Assembly (NCBI GenBank): GCA_002269645.1
Contig: NIVC01000926.1
Span: 248,001 to 312,000 of the forward strand
Direction: 5' to 3'
Length of the DNA stretch: 64,000 bases
Source of the DNA: Macrostomum lignano
Taxonomy: Eukaryota
Shown: positions 62,040 to 64,000 of the stretch, one piece after another
Layout: each line of letters starts with the position of its first letter
How positions within the stretch are numbered: position 1 is the first letter of the stretch
Notes under the pieces: generated by a model
The model's input: only the letters and a program-made list of their open reading frames with translations
Told to the model about the DNA's origin: nothing
Databases searched by the model: none
Program-made: the position numbers and the translations under genes

Positions 62040-63382
62040 GTAAATATGCCAGTAGACCAGCAGCAAGAATTGCTAGCCATGCAGCAAACGATTGCATTGC
62101 TGGAGGCCAGCCTGTGCATTGCACGGCAACACCTACTTATGGCCACCCATAGTGGTATCCATATCCAGCCACTAAGATAGGTGCTATGGGCACTGGGCAT
62201 GAATTTGCCTACTGGCTGCTGGTCATCGGACCTATGACTATGCAAGGGATCCTGCCACCCATATGCTACCAGCACCTTATGGCACTATCCTCGGTGCTGT
62301 TCTGGCTATTCTACAAAGGAGCCTCATTTACAGAGTTCATGTGTGTGACCACAACAGTTCGACAGTTCTTCCAGTACCTCCCCATGCTGTACTCTGTTGC
62401 TGCCATCACGTACAATGCCCACCAAGTTTGCAAGCACCTTGTACAGTTGGCACTAGCCTTTGGCCCCATCTTTTAGCAGTTGGCTGGCCTGTTTGAGACT
62501 AGATTGGGCAGTAAAGTTAATTCACCTGCATTTCTGGACCTAAAGAAGATGCATTTGATGTTTCACTTGCACAAAGAGGCCAAGCGGTTGCAGGTCCGGC
62601 TGGCAGTAAATATCCAGCAGCCAGCTCCACTACCTCTTGCTATCAGTGCCAAGGTACATATTGCATGCATCAAAAAATCATCCATTAAGCCAGACACAAA
62701 ACTGTACCTGGCAACTACTGTGGCCGGCCCCTACGGTGATGCCAAGGAGGCAGACAAGGTCATGCACAACATGTTGACCAGTGGCCAGAGAGCAGCAGAC
62801 CGCATGTTGACTCCTGCACTTGCGGTACATTTGCTAGAAAGCTGCGTCTGCTGCAAAAACCTTGGAAGGGAGGTTGCTGACCTTTGTGAAGCAAATGAAA
62901 TCTTGTGATGCCAGGTTTCAAAAGAAAGAGAGAAATGCACAGCAATTTTAGAAGAAAAGGAGAGGCTTCAGGTGGCATTGGGCAAGCACGACAGAAAGCT
63001 GTCACAGCTTTCACATGACTATGACACAGAGGTGCAGACTGTCGAGGGAAAAATATCTAACCTGAAGGCTGATTTGTACCAGCTTGCCCTGGAGTATAGG
63101 CGGACTTGCAGTACCTTCCATAACTTGGTGAGGATCATTTCATCAGTGGATAAAATGCTAGAGGACACAAATACAATATATGTGCATGCTTGCAACAAGA
63201 TTGCCAAGCTGACAGAATTGTGCTCAGACTCTCCAGCTACAACCAATGACTCCTTCATGGCCACCAAAGTGGAGTCATTAGGCATCACCATGGCTATTAA
63301 CAGTTGTGTGGATGATAGTTCCGGCAGCACCACTATCAAAAAACCACTGTCTTTGCTTCAAAATGTCGCCCTTGTTGACTAG
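62040..63382 (+). pseudogene. CACTA/EnSpm (CMC) transposase relic, C-terminal half, followed by a coiled-coil segment
   Basis: GHEFAYWLLVIGP...GILPPICYQHL...LY.VAAITYNAHQVCKHL...FGPI*...FETRLG matches the CACTA transposase pattern (W..xEF..WL...LYG...TYNxH...HL...GP...FE). It is interrupted by stops and frameshifts. Confidence 0.72.
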
Positions 63383-63714
63383 TTCCCCACTGTAAAAGTG
63401 ACGGAAGACAGCATGTGCAGAATTGAAAAAGCCATAAAGAAATGCAATAATGCCAAGGAAGTAGGGCAACAAAAGTGCCTACTTGGCGCCATTTTCACCA
63501 CTATCCTGCAGGCTGTCTTTTCTGAGGAGCAGCTTTAGATGTGCATCTAGGAAGGATGAAAAGTAAAAAAATGCACCAACCGGTCAGCCGTTGACCCAAT
63601 GCAGAAAGAGGCTATCATAAACTTTGTACAATCTAATGGCTTAGACCCAAGCCATCTTTTGCTATATTTCAACCGCATCGCCACTTACGGCCCCAGTAAA
63701 CTGTTGGGTGCCGG

Positions 63715-63840
63715 TGGCAAGATGGAGCTGATGGAGGCCAGTGGCAAGATGGAGGCTGGTGGCAAGACAGAGGCCGGTGGCAAGACAGAGGCCAGTGGTG
63801 AGATGGAGGCTAGTGGTGAGATAGAGCTGATGGAGGCACT
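63715..63840 (+). repeat. 18-bp coding-like tandem (gatggaggccagtggcaa; MEASGK)
   Basis: About 7 degenerate copies inside ORF 63599-63967, probably part of the same decayed element. Confidence 0.7.
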
Positions 63841-64000
63841 CAATATGAACACCAATTTAAATATCAATATATCAATATATCATATATATCATATTATATA
63901 TTTTAATATTATTACATTATATACATACATGCGCAACCTCCAAAATTCGGTCGGCCATGCGACTTAGTTTAAAAAAAAATGCGACATAGTTTTTGGCCAA

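Overview
Eukaryotic (animal) genomic DNA, most likely a Macrostomum-type flatworm. This is an inference from GC-rich exons, minisatellite-filled introns and a sequence resembling the Macrostomum spliced leader as I recall it. Six spliced host genes can be assembled by hand with in-phase GT-AG introns: a FYVE-domain myotubularin (MTMR3/4, +), a rhodopsin-class orphan GPCR (-), IMPACT, RPL34 and POGLUT1/Rumi (a tight same-strand trio, +), and RAB6 (-). The rest is a nested transposon landscape: two Ty3/Gypsy elements, an intron-containing hAT transposase, three mariners, CACTA-like elements, an RTE-like LINE relic, tRNA-derived SINEs (one with a CORE-like domain), several MITEs and a foldback element. 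The most interesting signals are (i) a spliced-leader-like sequence at 24796-24835 next to an unannotated multi-hairpin RNA candidate at 25150-25330, (ii) a candidate trans-spliced operon IMPACT-RPL34-POGLUT1, (iii) a different minisatellite in nearly every large intron, and (iv) graded C-to-T decay of repeats at CpG and CpA. All exon structures and alignments were done by eye; no database searches were run.
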